Origin: Octopus vulgaris
Lineage: Eukaryota
Length of the DNA stretch: 64,000 bases
NCBI GenBank assembly: GCA_951406725.2
Contig: OX597816.1
Coordinates: forward strand, 9,362,001 to 9,426,000
Direction: 5' to 3'
Position 1 is the first letter of the stretch. The number at the start of each line of letters is the position of its first letter. A program made the position numbers and the translations under genes. This document shows, piece by piece, positions 10,732 through 24,443 of the stretch. The notes beneath the pieces were generated by a model. The model saw nothing but the letters and a program-made list of their open reading frames with translations, ran no database searches and was not told the DNA's origin.

Positions 10732-11125
10732 TACTCTTTTACTTGTTTCAGTCATTTGACTGCGGCCATGCTGGAGCACCGCCTTTAGTCGAGCAACTCG
10801 ACCCCGGGACTTATCTTTTTGTAAGCAAAGTACTTATTCTATCGGTCTCTTTTTGCCGAACCGCTAAGTGACGGGGACGTAAACACACCAGCATCGGTTG
10901 TCAAGCAATGCTAGGGGAACAAACACAGACACACAAACACACACACATACATATATATATATACATATATACGACAGGCTTCTTTCAGTTTCCGTCTACC
11001 AAATCCACTCACAAGGCATTGGTCGGCCCGGGGCTATAGCAGAAGACACTTGCCCAAGATGCCACGCAGTGGGACTGAACCCAGAACCATGTGGTTGGTT
11101 AGCAAGCTACTTACCACACAGCCAT
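10732..11125 (-). mobile_element. Young tRNA-headed CORE-like SINE with (GTAAAAGA)n tail
   Basis: tRNA-like A/B boxes (TGGCTGTGTGGTAAG, GGTTCAGTCCC) and CTTGGGCAAGTG CORE-like motif; highly similar to 24017, 30647, 31588 and 44861. Confidence 0.9.
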
Positions 11126-11137
11126 GGCAGAATCAGT

Positions 11138-11169
<32 letters not shown>

Positions 11170-12287
11170 GTATATATTTATAAATGGGTTTCTCTCAGCT
11201 TCTGTCTAAGTTCACTCACGAGACTTTGGCTGGTGTAATAGTAGAATGCATGGGCTGGATGAGGACCATTTTATTGCAGTAAACCTTACCTGTTATTAAA
11301 GTGAGTGAGTTTATTTTATTCTATAAGTCTTCAACCAGTTGTAAAGTCATTAAAGAATGGAAATATCACACAACTGTTTTGCTCAGACGATAACAAATGA
11401 AAATATGAAATTTCAACATTTGCACATATATCTCATGTTATCATACCAATGAATAATCTTTCCAAACCAATTTTTTTTTGGTGTGGCTAACATAGTTTGG
11501 TCAATGATGTATTTGGGAATTTGGGAGAGGTATGAATATCGTGACTCCTAGTTTCTGTTGCTATAATTCTGAAGCCTTAGGTCTGTGAAGAAATCAATAT
11601 TTATATTGTAATTAATATTTTCCTTTCAGGAAGACAATTCTGCTTGGAAGCTTCTTATCTTATTCAGATTTTCTATTTTCAATTAACAGTTTCTCATAAC
11701 TTATCACATTCATTCCATATTTTTTGACAATGTAAAATTCCTCAAAATCTATATATCAAACTCCTCCAGCTTACTACCACCATGCATAATATACATACAC
11801 ACACACCTTTATATATATACATGTATATATATATATATTGCTATAGACATACATACATTCCCCCCTCTCTCTATATATATTGTTATTCACATATGTACGA
11901 ACAGGTAATATAGATGTATGAACTCCGTATCCTATATAAAAGTTTTCTGGAAAAAAAATATAATTTTAGAAAATCATGAAGTAACAAGATCAGATATTGG
12001 ACAACATATTTTTTTTAAAAGCATATCCATTTTCAGATATAGCTTGTTAAGAATCTGTCATAATGTCTTAGAGATGTTACAGTACTAGAGTTTTTCTGTT
12101 TTGTTTCTTTATTCTCATAGACATAAAATTCGAAATATTATTTTTCTTCTTTTCACACAGAAGTGTGAGTTACAGTGTTCATTCTTTTCCAAAAGGCATT
12201 AGCAATGGAAGTCAAGTAACTACAAAGTGTGAATTGAAGGTAGGGGTTGTTGACTTGAATTGCTGAGGGCATTAACTTCTACTATGA

Positions 12288-12555
12288 ATGGCACTCTCTC
12301 GGTTGATGAAGGTTCAAGTTGATCTGATCAACAGAACAGCCTGCTTGTGGAATTAATGCAAATGGCTGAACATATAATTCTCAGGGAAATTTAGCATGAC
12401 ACAGAATGTTAAAAGGCCGGCCCTTTGAAATACTGGTACTACTAATTTTTTGTCAGCTGAGAGGGCTGGAGCAATGTGAAATAAAGTGTCTTGCTCAAGG
12501 ACATAATGTGCTGAGAGTTGAAAAACCCTAATCACTTAACCATGTGTCTTCACTT
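12288..12555 (-). mobile_element. Another CORE-like SINE family; related 3' pieces at ~32690-32830 (+) and ~49130-49235 (+)
   Basis: Minus-strand GTCCTTGAGCAAGACACTTTA CORE-like motif; its 3' end matches CACGAGCAGGCTGTTCCGTTGA at ~49172. Confidence 0.6.
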
Positions 12556-13346
12556 CTACTAGACAGTACTAAATTTGAATAAAAGGTTGAAGAATTGTCA
12601 ATCCTATAAACTGAAAGGCTATCGAGTAATTGACTCTGTTGGATAATCCCAATTATATTCTCAAAATCCATCTTTGTCAAAATTCTGAAATCTTTTAGCT
12701 ACTCATTGGTTCCTGTATTTTGCAAAGGCCACATAACCTGTTCTTTTATGCCAAATGCTAAGAAGCTTTTTTTTCTAGTAATCCCTTGACCTCCAAAATA
12801 TCACGTTATTTAAAAAGTCTCTCAGTAAACCACTATATCTGAAATGCATTTGCTTGTGTTATTTTGTATGTATGAATTACTTTATTTAGAGGCATTTTAA
12901 GGTAATCTTAATAGATAAACATTATCATCCCAATTTCAGGAAACTAACACGAATATTTTTCAAGCATCAAAAAAAGAAAAAGAAAAAGAAAAAGCTTTAA
13001 AAGAGATAAACAATTATTTGCTTAAACTAAGCCAGTGTGGTAAAAAACAAACTACAAAAAAAAAAAAAGAAAAAAGAAGCAGATGTAAAGATGAAGATGA
13101 TAATGATTGCACACGTATTTTCAGCATAAAAAGGGATCCAATTATAAACCCATTTCTAAATAACACACAGGCACATTTACTCAGATATATATATTCATTT
13201 GTTTTTATGTCCATTTTTCCATGCTCGCATGAATTATGTGAATATATTATTGAAGCCTTGTTTTACAGCTGGATTGCCTTTCTTGTCACTAACCTTTACC
13301 TGTTTTTCAAGTAAGCGGTATCTTATTTCATGTGTCTTTGTAGGTG

Positions 13347-14195
13347 CAAAGCTAGCACATGCCTTGCTGAGATGCATGCAGAGTGAAGCTGCTTGGAACA
13401 GATTGAGCTTGAACTCTGCTGTACATGTGCACAAAGCTCACTTCCACTGTATACAGCAGTGCTTAGAAGGAAGGTGTGTAGCATGTGATCGTCGCATTGA
13501 CCATGATAGAGAAAGTTGAGCAGATAATCTGCATCAAATTTTGACAAAAGCTTGGCGATACCTGCTCAGAAGCCTACACAAAGTTTTCAAAACACTTTCA
13601 TCGTTCGTGACACAATCAAGGAGATCTTGTGCAACTGAACCTGAGTGTCATTTTGGTCAACTGAAAACAGTTTTGGCACAAACTTGGCAGACACACGTCT
13701 CATACCCAAATCTTCAGTGATAATGGACAGAACTGAACTGTAACTAATGTGCACATCCTATGATAACTCACGGATGGTGATTCGATGATTTTCCCTTCAC
13801 AGCTGCCCACACATCTGCAATGTTTTTCTCAGTTCTGCTGGTTGCACGTCTCCCAGAATGTTCGTCAATGTCGACATTTTTTGGCTGTCTTGGAAACATC
13901 TGAACCACTTATACACTTGTGTGTAGCTCATACACTCCTCTCTATAAACTTTCTGCAACTTTGTGTAAGCCTCTGAGCAGGTATCACCAAGACAACTTTC
14001 TCTGTCATGGTCAATACAACAATCACATGCTACACACCTTCCTTCCAAGCACTGCTGTAAATAGTGGAAGTAAGCTAAAATATTAGTGCATACACACAGC
14101 AGATTTCAAGGTCAATCTTTGCCAAGCAGCTTCACTCTGCATACTTTAGCTTTGTTACTATGGCAACAGTCTGCATACTTATTGATCAGACCTTG
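13347..14195 (-). mobile_element. Rearranged (fold-back) mariner derivative with a decayed transposase N-terminus
   Basis: Mariner-like TIR CAAGGTCTGATCAATAAGTAT next to TA (14196-14197); HTH-like peptide GDTCSEAYTKLQKVYREECMSYTQVYKWFRCF, then MRRVSAKFVPK (WVPHEL-equivalent region); inverted copy of the 5' end at 13347-13585. Confidence 0.85.
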
Positions 14196-14374
14196 TATGT
14201 GCCATGGATTAAAAAAATTTTTTTATATGTCCTTGATTTTGAAATTCATGCAGTCATCTGAAGAAGACCTTTTTTATAATGATATAATGTAGTCATTGAT
14301 CAATTAAAAAATTCGTTAGAAACAGCTGTAAGGAACTTACACCTGTCCATCAATTGTTACTTATTTATTTTTTA

Positions 14375-14515
14375 TATATACATATATACAAAAACACATA
14401 TATATACTCACACATATATGCATATATATATATATATATATACATATATACATACATACACACACACACACATATACATGCTCACATGCATGCACATACT
14501 CATACACACACACAT
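14375..14515. repeat. (TA)/(CA) compound microsatellite
   Basis: Directly visible. Confidence 0.9.
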
Positions 14516-14974
14516 ATTAAGCATCTTTCAGATTCTGTTTCCCAAATCCACTTCACAATGCTTGATTCTTAACCACAGACTAACATCATGATTGGGACAT
14601 TAAGTATGATCTTTATCTTCTGAATTGAAGCCGACCAGGTGACAAACATCATAACACCACAGTGGCTGGGGCATAATTTACCAAAATTTATAATAAACCC
14701 CTACTTCCTCTTAACTTATAGAAATTGTATTTATGCAAATACAACACACACACACTTGTAAACAAAGTAAAGTTTGTTCTCAGTGTAAACTATTTGCGTC
14801 TGATTTTATCTCGAAGGATAAACACTGCATGTGAAAAGCAATGGAAAAAATTGTAGTAAACAGATAGCTCCATGAATTATAGAGATGAGAGTCTTGTGTT
14901 TGTTGTGAATAATCTGGAATATTGTTTTAAAATATGTTTTTTTTTTTTGCACTCATTTGTTATCTCTCTTTGTC

Positions 14975-15115
14975 ATATATACATACATATTTATATATGC
15001 GCATGCACAGAAACACACACTCAGATACACAGACATATATGTATATATGTACATTTGTGCATGTATGTGCGTGTACATTTATATTTAGGCACGCATGCAA
15101 TATATGTTATACATG

Positions 15116-15147
<32 letters not shown>

Positions 15148-15345
15148 CACACACACACACAAATATATACATATATATATATTTATATACATGCATATAC
15201 ATATATATACATACATATATACATATATATACATACATATGCATACACATATATACATACACACACATATACATTCACACATACATATATACATACACAT
15301 GCACACACATATACATACATGCAGATATACATACATACATACACT

Positions 15346-15378
<33 letters not shown>

Positions 15379-15425
15379 CCTACAACACACACCACACATA
15401 CACACGTGTGTATGCATGTGTGTGT
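14975..15425. repeat. Long compound (TA)/(CA)/(TACA) microsatellite
   Basis: Directly visible; source of the spurious 110-199 aa ORFs. Confidence 0.95.
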
Positions 15426-16194
15426 AAATGCATCTGTGCAATGGAACTTTGCTTTCTCTTCTTTGATTTGAATGTATTTTAGAACTTTTGATCAGGAAAC
15501 TAAAACTTCTCATTGTTAATGATTTACTGCGCTTCTTTTAATACATCAATTCCTTCCTCTTCACAGAGGAGTAAACCAAAATGCCAAAATAAGCATAAAC
15601 CAGGATTACATTTACCAGAATTAACATCGAGCTAAATAAATGAATAGAATAATAACCATAGAAATAATTTGGAAAAGTAGAAGCTTCTTGAAAGTCAAAA
15701 CTTTTTCCAGACTCAAATTAAACTCTGGGACACAAGAATTCTGATCATAAAAACAACAATATATTGTCTTACTGTAAAATTTTAAACTAGGTTAATTTTT
15801 TTTTACACTGAATTTACCCCAAACTTATACAGATTAGGCATTAACCTTTTCTAAAGCAGTCAACCAATTAAATGGTTAAACAAATTAGTGTTTGGTTTTT
15901 CTTCTTAAAGTTATCATAACACACATGTGCACACAATGTCATCTCATTTCCCACCACCACCACCCACTGCACATGTATTTGTGTGTGTAGCAGAGTAGAA
16001 GTTAGTTATTGAAGAATTTAAGCAGAAACTAACATTTTGGTCTTATCCTCATCATTGATTTACTTTGCCAAAGCTAATATACACACATACACACATGTGC
16101 ATATGAACACTCACATATATGGATGCACAAAGACATATACTCAGAGAAGCATGTGCACATAGAGAAAAGTACTGAGAGAATCAGCATTTTGCAT

Positions 16195-16247
16195 TGTGAG
16201 TTTCTTAAATTCCTTGATTTAGAAATGTATACATCCATGGAATTTAG

Positions 16248-16286
<39 letters not shown>

Positions 16287-16336
16287 AATTCCATGGACGT
16301 ATACATTTCCAAACCAAGGAATTTAGGAAACTTACA
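16195..16336. repeat. ~142-bp palindrome centred on (TA)n
   Basis: Arms of ~57 bp with 6 mismatches. Confidence 0.92.
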
Positions 16337-16976
16337 CACACACATATATGTATGTCTGAAAAAGCATCTGACACACGGAATGTGTTTGATTGTGTATACA
16401 TATATGTAATAAATCATATTTATTACATATTGTTAAAATGAGTATAAACATACCTTAATCACATACACAAACATACACACACACACGTACATGCAAAACA
16501 TACATATTCACACACACTGCACACACATATGCACACATTACTTGCAGGTGAAGATACACAAACACTTAAAAAGTTATGTGTAAGTATAGGTTACATTTAG
16601 CTACTGTTACAACAATAATAAATATATACACGCATGCACACACACACAAACATACACACAGACACATACACACATACATACATATATAAAAGTATGTATT
16701 TGTATAAATGAGGAACAGGTTTTCTTCCAAACATGTTGCATGAAAGATAGAACTATATTCTAACTTGATCTTTTTTATTAACATTTTCTTGTATCTGTGT
16801 ATCAGACTCTTACAGTTCGTTTTGAAACAATAAAGTTTGCAAGCTCATCTTTACCATCAACATTTCCAGAATATCTCAGTTTTATCTCCAGGATGTGCCA
16901 TGATTTAGGGCTTATATATATAAATATATACGTATGTATGAATGTTTATATGTCTGTGTATATGTATGTATATTTT

Positions 16977-17117
16977 TACAAACTATCCTTCCCCCTACTA
17001 ACATGGAATGAAAACTTCTTATAATAGCATGAAACTGCAGCATTATCAATAACTTCTTAGTCATGATTAGCACAAGCAAAACTGGTTGACTTATATAAAT
17101 ATCGTATTTCATAAGAA
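16977..17117 (+). repeat. Unclassified dispersed repeat, second copy at 58676-58818
   Basis: TACAAACTATCCTTC..GAATGAAAACTTC..AGCATGAAA..TAACTTCTTA..TGATTAGCACAAGCAAAACTGGT in both copies. Confidence 0.75.
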
Positions 17118-17614
17118 CGTTTATATATATTTTGTCCAACATAAAATTTCTGGTAATTTCGTTTCTTTTTACATTTTTCATAACGATTCAGCATACGGAG
17201 GAAAATATTTCCATTGAACCTTTTCACTATATATATATGTATATATATATATATGCAACTGAGAATTTATTGCATTGTGAATATGAAAGTATGTCTGCAT
17301 ATGCACTCATTGACACACAGACATATATATATAAAGAATTATACATAAACATGTACACATATTTGTAACCAACAACAAAACAAAAGGTACGAATTTGTGT
17401 ATATTTAATGCAGAAGAAAAGTTAGATTGAAAAGAACACACACACACACACACAATTAAAAAAAAAGACTGAACCATCTTTTGAACATCTGTCAAGATGA
17501 TGAATGTGTTTGAAGGATATAATTACTTTTTAAGTAAATTTTCAAACAAGTTCACCTTTTTGCATGTTCATAAGAAACAATTTTATTCAAGCTTGTAGAA
17601 TTAAATTGATGTAC

Positions 17615-17825
17615 ACAAACACACACACATACACATTCACACTCACATACATTCACACACACACACACACACACATACACATGTGTGTATACATTCATAT
17701 ATATACGTTTACAAATGTGCATTCATACACACACACATATACATAGTTACATACATACATGCATACACACACTTTCACACACACACACACACAAACATTC
17801 ACATACAAACACACACATGTATGTA
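17615..17825. repeat. (CA)n-rich compound microsatellite
   Basis: Directly visible. Confidence 0.9.
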
Positions 17826-18699
17826 TGGAGCTATATTTGAATTAAATTCAACATCATCAACTGAAAAGGAAAAGAGAAAGCAAAGAGAATTACACCACTG
17901 TTAATGCTGATACTATTCTTTAAAAAAAAAGAAGTTATATGCTTCTAAAATGTCACTAAGGTTCTTTAATTTCAAAAATACATTTTAAAGTAATACTGAG
18001 ACATTTCAGCAAGGTTTACTCAAAACAATTTTGAAAGCAGATTAAGACTAAGATTGTTTTAAACTAGAATGGAATTTTTTGTCATTCTTTGTCCATTTGT
18101 TTTGTACAAAGATTATAATACTTTGTTGTTGTTGCATCAAATAAGTTACACTGTAAGAATGTTTGAAAGAAAAATAACTTAATATTCTTTAAGCATACAT
18201 TTTTTCCGCATGATAATTAGATTACTGTTTGGAATCGTTAGTTCTGCATGAATGATCAAATTCAGTTGTACACCAGCTGAAAAATATATATTGTAAAAAA
18301 CATGAACAAAATAAGGAAAAAAAGCAAAGAGCTTATTTTGTAGAGATTATGTTTATGCTGCCACCTCTGCTTGTCAAAAAGATGTTTTGTTATAAAATGC
18401 GTTGGCTATAGAGCTTCAGGGAGACACTAATGGAGAAAAATAAATAGAGCTGAGACAAATAAACGAAAAGGAAAAAAGAAACTAATTCTGGCTTGTTATT
18501 TAGATACAAAGCCACACATTTGATGAGATGTGAACAGATGATTAGATTTACCTTCACTGACTTCATAGCAAAGAAAGGCAAAAACTAACTTGGGCAGGAT
18601 TTGAACTCATGATATAAAGGTATATTAACTGAATACGGCAAGATGTTTTGTTTGTTGCTCTCTGGATTTTGCCAACACACTGCCCTAAAATAATTCTTT

Positions 18700-18981
18700 C
18701 AAATTTTAGTGCTAGGCCAGCAGTTTTTGAGTAGACGGGGAAGTTGATACATCAACTCCAGTACATGACATGGCATTTCTCAACTGGGGTTCCCTGGAAC
18801 CCTAGGGTTCTGCAAAAGATTCCTAGGGGTTCCGCGAGAAAGAGTGAGATAGGCTAATGTTAATTTCATGATCTTAATATTAATTACTATACATGCACAA
18901 CATATTATTGGTTATTGTAATATTGTAATATAGACATCATCCTATCTAACCTATTACGTTATCAAAAAAAAAATATAACAA

Positions 18982-19032
<51 letters not shown>

Positions 19033-19380
19033 AATATACATATATCATCATCATCATCATCATCGTTTAACATCTGTTTTCCATGCTAGCACGGGTTGAT
19101 ATATATATATAATATTTACCATGTGAACTAAGATGAAAAATATAAGATATGGTACATAATATTTTGTGCAAGGGTTCCTTGAGACATGTAACTTATTTTC
19201 AGGGTTACACAAGTGTAAAACGGTTGAGAAACACCAACTTGACAGGTGCTTATTTTATTGACCCAAAAAGGATGAAAGGTGAAGTTGACCATGGCAAAAT
19301 CTGAACACAGGAATGTAAAGACTGATGAAATGCCACTAAGAATTTTGGCCAGTGTGCTAACAGCTCTGCCTGCTCACTAC
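18700..19380 (-). mobile_element. Meta-domain SINE split by a hAT MITE
   Basis: 3' part at 18700-18770; continues at 19237 with CTTATTTTATTGACCCAAAAAGGATGAAAGG. Confidence 0.7.
18771..19236. mobile_element. Non-autonomous hAT-type DNA transposon
   Basis: 16-bp TIRs (TGGCATTTCTCAACTG vs TGGTGTTTCTCAACCG, 3 mismatches); 8-bp TSD ACATGACA/ACTTGACA; subterminal GGGTTCC repeats. Confidence 0.8.
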
Positions 19381-19424
19381 TTTGTACAATCTCCTAAAAT
19401 AGTAATAAGTATTACATTTGTTTA

Positions 19425-19955
19425 ATGCAAAAGTGTACACTCACTGGACTGTAGCCATACTGGGGGTACTGTCTTGAAGGGTTTAGTGAAACAAACAACC
19501 CCTGTACTTATTTTCAGTCTTGGACTTATTCTACCTTTCCCTTTTTGCAGAGTTGCTAAGTTACAGGGGCATAAATGCCAGTTGTTAAGTGGTGGGTGGT
19601 GGAGAAACACAAATGGGTACTCATGCACACAAATAAAAATATATACAATATAAATATATACACAGCTTCCAGCATGGAAGGTGGAGATGTAGAATACACT
19701 CCCCACCAACCCTTTGGGGAATGGGAGGGAATATTTTCATTAAAAATTGAAATTTTGAAAAAAAATCTTTTTTCAGAACCATAATCTCTGTATTTTGCCA
19801 CATGGAATCCCACCAAGTTTTCTTCTACCAAATTCATACACAAAGCATTATTAAAGCAGGACTCTTGCCCAAAGTTCATGCAGAAGATCTGAACCAAAAA
19901 AACCCATGCAGTTGCAAAGTAAACTTCTCAAGTACACAACTATGCATGTGCCTAT
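19425..19955 (-). mobile_element. Diverged CORE-like SINE with an internal insertion
   Basis: GACTGTAGCCATACTGGGG..GCTAAGTTAC..CTACCAAATTC..CTTGCCCAA. Confidence 0.55.
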
Positions 19956-21653
19956 GTAAATAAATATAAATGAGAAATTAAAGATTATTCAATGAAAATA
20001 ACATTTTCATCATATATCAGCAAGTAATCTCATGAAAATGTAGAGGTTGAAACAGGTCAGTGATGCATTTTAACAAATGCCATCCTCACCACCACCACCA
20101 ATACCATCAAATATGTAGTCCTCTAGTAGTATGTGATTTTGAAACAATGTAAAATGTAGCCAAGCGGATTGTTGCCAAAATAGGAAAGCAGAGACGATAG
20201 TGATAGTTATACTAATGATCAATAACCATGTCAAAATTTAAGAATCTATGAAAAGTCAATAAATTTATAAAATATAAATGCAGAACATTGCATAGAATGT
20301 AATTCTAAAAAGGAAAAGTAATACCATAAAAGGAAAGTAATTCCATAAAAGGAATATATCTTCCTTGTGTTAGAAAGATCACCGTTGATCTGTTATAACT
20401 TCTCTGTACTTATACTAGCGACATTATCAGTGCACCACCCCTCCAATACTTGTTCACAATTATTTTGTGTTTATTTATTAGAAGATTTGAATTCAGCACT
20501 ATGAGTTAATGCAACAATTATTATCAGTTATACTGTATCTTCTGCCTTCTGGCATTTATTTATGGCTTACACATTTACAAGGATGAGCAGAAGGGAGGAT
20601 ATTATAAGAACAAGAATAAGAACAAGAACTACAACAACAACCAAATCTGACTTTGCATTAACATTTGTGATGGGAGAAATATCTTCCAAGGGCTTTTTTA
20701 GTGACAGAAAAGTAAAAGAAATGGTTTCAACTTGGAATGAAATCCAGCTCATTCACTCAGCATGCCAGGAACTTGTCTCTACTTTATGGTGATTGGTATG
20801 CACTACAACGAGTTCCTAAGCACAGTATTTTTCTCATTCCAGGGAAGAATGATGCATCATGCAAACAACAACAAGAAGAAAAAAAAGCAATTAGAAGCTG
20901 ATAGGAATTTTAACAGCAAACTAGACGTGTGAGAGTGTGTGTGGATAGGAAAGAAGGCAGGGGTAATCGATATTGCATGAAGTAACATTAATATAAAACT
21001 CAAATCCTTGTATACCACCTTGCTAATATCAGTATTACAGAAAGGTTGGATAAATCTTGGTTATAGTAACACATTTGTGTTTTTATTAACATTTACAGTT
21101 AACAATAAATACCCTAATCAAATGTAGATCTAACAATTTTTCTGGAAAAAAAGCCTTCTTGTGCTTGAAAGCTTATTCAAGATAAAAGTTAAAGAAAGGT
21201 TAAAATACTTGAGTCTTACTTGCTAGTCTTAATACCAAATTGTCTAGTTTCAATTATTAGAAATTAAGCCTGAAAATAATGAATTCAAATCTCTTTTACC
21301 AAATTCCAAAGTCTTGCAATCAAGAAAGGCATCTGAAGTGGGATTTCTTTTTTAATCAAAATATGTTCTCTGTTTATTTAATATTGAAGAATTCAGAACA
21401 GATGGAGTAGTTCTCTGAGAGATAATTTAGTTCTCCATCATTGAGCTGGATTTACTGATTTATGGATTCTAAAGACTCATCCTAAATATCTTAAATCTCT
21501 TAGACATCAGAACACATACAATGTACAAAACTTGCCATCCCTCTCTTTCTCTCAATCACTATATCTGTCTCTCTCCCACAACACACAAACAGACATACTC
21601 TCTTATGTATATATTCTACAAAATATAGGTGTGTGTGCATATGTATATACGTA

Positions 21654-21756
<103 letters not shown>

Positions 21757-22622
21757 ATCTTAGATTTCTGTATAAATGTTTAACAGAAAATTTTCATAAA
21801 TATGCAGACGTATTAAAGAGAAATTAGTCAACTAGCAATGCTTGTGCTTTGACTCTCTCTTACTCATTCACTCTCTCTCTCTCCTCCTTTCCATAAATAA
21901 TAACACACACACATACACATACGCAATTTACTATACATAAAAACTTGTATGACTTAATACCAGTGCCTCTGTATGGCCACCACAGCCCAGAGGTTGGAAT
22001 CTGTACCAGAATATAATATCTACACAAGTACATACATATGACTATAGTTTGATAATGCATGTTTGAGGAATAAATCAATATAGAAGTTTAACAATGCAAC
22101 AAAACTCTGAACATATTGCAGACACAGTCTAAAAGTGTTGGAAGATCTGTAGAATAACGAATGATGAGCAGAGATTATAGATATATTTCTGAAGCTGGCT
22201 GCAGTCTGCTCCAGTTTATGTAGACCTGAAACTATGTACCCAACCACTTAACAACTTAATTCTTTTTTATATATACTTTACGGCTTCAGAGAAAGGGACA
22301 AAGCTTGTGTCTGCATGCAGAAACCACTGAAAGTGTTGCAGAAGAAAAGAAAAGACAATCAAAGAGTCATGGGCTGCTGTAGTAGAAAGCAGTGCACCAG
22401 AATATCATGTTATCTTTCCTAACCAGAGATCTGAGTTAATTACGGTTCAAACAGAGTGGATTCCTCTGATAAAGAGTAATGACACCAAAGGAAAAGAGAG
22501 TTGTGCTAAACCAGATGACAGATTAGTCTGCCATCAATGGAATACACACACATATGCATTTGTGCCTTTGTGCATGAGTGTGTAGTGTTTAATGTGTGTG
22601 TGTGTTTGTGCATGTGTGGTGT

Positions 22623-22666
<44 letters not shown>

Positions 22667-24016
22667 GTGTGTGGTGTGTGTGTGTGCTGTGTGGTATAAT
22701 CTTGGTAATAATGTGCATAATGTTATTGGTTACTACATGTCACTCTACAACAGAATATTTTCCAAGGCTGGATGTAATAAATTCACGTATTTTTCTTCCA
22801 CACACACACACACACACACGCACACACACACACACACGCAATCCTATGTATAACCTTCATTGTTTTAACAATCACTTTTTCTTCCTTGCATGGGAGAGAC
22901 AGAATTCACTGAGGTAGATTTTCTTCAGAAAGGTACCCTTCCTGTTGCTAACTGTCACCTCTTTCCAAATAAGATTACATAATAATAATAATAATGAAAT
23001 TATTGTATACAGTGCTCAGGTGCACCACAACTTGTCAGAAAGTGCATATAAAGTACATGCAGTAATGTAAAAATGCCTGGAAAGCGAACAATGTATGAGT
23101 CAGATACAAATCAGATGCAAATGGGTGACATTGCTTGTAAGAAAATGATGTTTGTTTACAACCATTACTTGATGTCTAGACAAGGACACATACACATATA
23201 GTGTACAGTGGGGTTATAATCCATATTTATGATGGGATTCACTTAGTTTCTCTCTACCAAATCCACTCACAAAGCAAGTTCACACAAGTAGAAAAAATTT
23301 GCCCAGGGTGCTGCATTTATATATTCATTTGCTTGATCATTTAACATTTGCTTTTCTATTGAAACAAGGGTTGGATAGGAATCTATTCAAGGCAAGATTT
23401 CCCTGTGGCCAACTCTGAGGTCTGGTTAATGTTAAGGGTTTGTTTTCTATTCTACATCTTTCAGAGCCTTGCGCAACCAACTGTGATATCACTAAGGAAT
23501 GCAAACATCACCGTACTGTTTTAGTCAGGTGGTGACAAGGTAAACTTGCAAAATTAACACTCACATACATTAAAACATACACACCTGTCATTTCAGCAAG
23601 TTGCTTACCTGCTCTTGTTCCTCTATCGCAGTTTCCTATCCCACAATTTTATGCCTCACACAGTTGTGTGGTTGTTTTGAAGGTACTTGGTGAACACACC
23701 AGGCTGGTGCATCAAGTAAACTATGTAAAGAGATTAGCATTAGGGAGACCCTGCAGCTGAAGAAACTATGCCAAAGTGGACATTAGAACTTGGCACAGGC
23801 CTCAGACTTATCTGTTCAGACTGAACCATTCAACATATGGCAGCATGCTAAAGGGGATGTTAAATGATGATTATATATATATATGTGTGTGTGTGTGTGT
23901 ATAAGGATGAAAAGGAACACACGAGTTGATACATATGGAATAAAAAGTCAAGATAGAAAATGCTAAAATAATTTAGCGGTACTGAAATGTTTTTAAAAAA
24001 ATTTAGCATTTTCTAT

Positions 24017-24424
24017 TACTCTCTTTTCTCTCTTTTACTTGTTTCAGTCATTTGACTGCGGCCATGCTGGAGCACCGCCTTTAGTCGAGCAAATCGACCC
24101 GGGACTTATTCTTTGTAAGCCCAGTACTTATTATATCGGTCTCTTTTTGCTGAACCTCTAAGTGACGGGGATGTAAACACACCAGCATCGTTTGTCAAGC
24201 AATGCTAGAGGGACAAACGCAGACACACAAACATACACACACATATATATATACATATATATGAGAGGCTTCTTTCAGTTTCCGTCTACCAAACCCACTC
24301 ACAAGGCATTGGTCGGCCCAGGGCTATAGCAGAAGACACTTGCCCAAGATGCCACGCAGTGGGACTGAACCAGGAACCATGTGGTTGGTAAGCAAGCTAC
24401 TTACCACACAGCCACTCCTGCGCC
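24017..24424 (-). mobile_element. Young full-length CORE-like SINE
   Basis: Full head GGCGCAGGAGTGGCTGTGTGG on the minus strand; short TAT duplication at the flanks. Confidence 0.9.
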
Positions 24425-24443
24425 TATCTTGACTTCTTTTTCC

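Noticed and set aside
14872-15513. 110-199 aa His/Thr/Tyr/Ile- or Cys/Val-rich ORFs, and similar ones elsewhere
   Set aside because: Translations of dinucleotide microsatellites that lack stop codons.
23600-23660. Strong minus-strand donor CAG|GTAAGC
   Set aside because: All upstream frames close within a few codons and no matching acceptor is evident.
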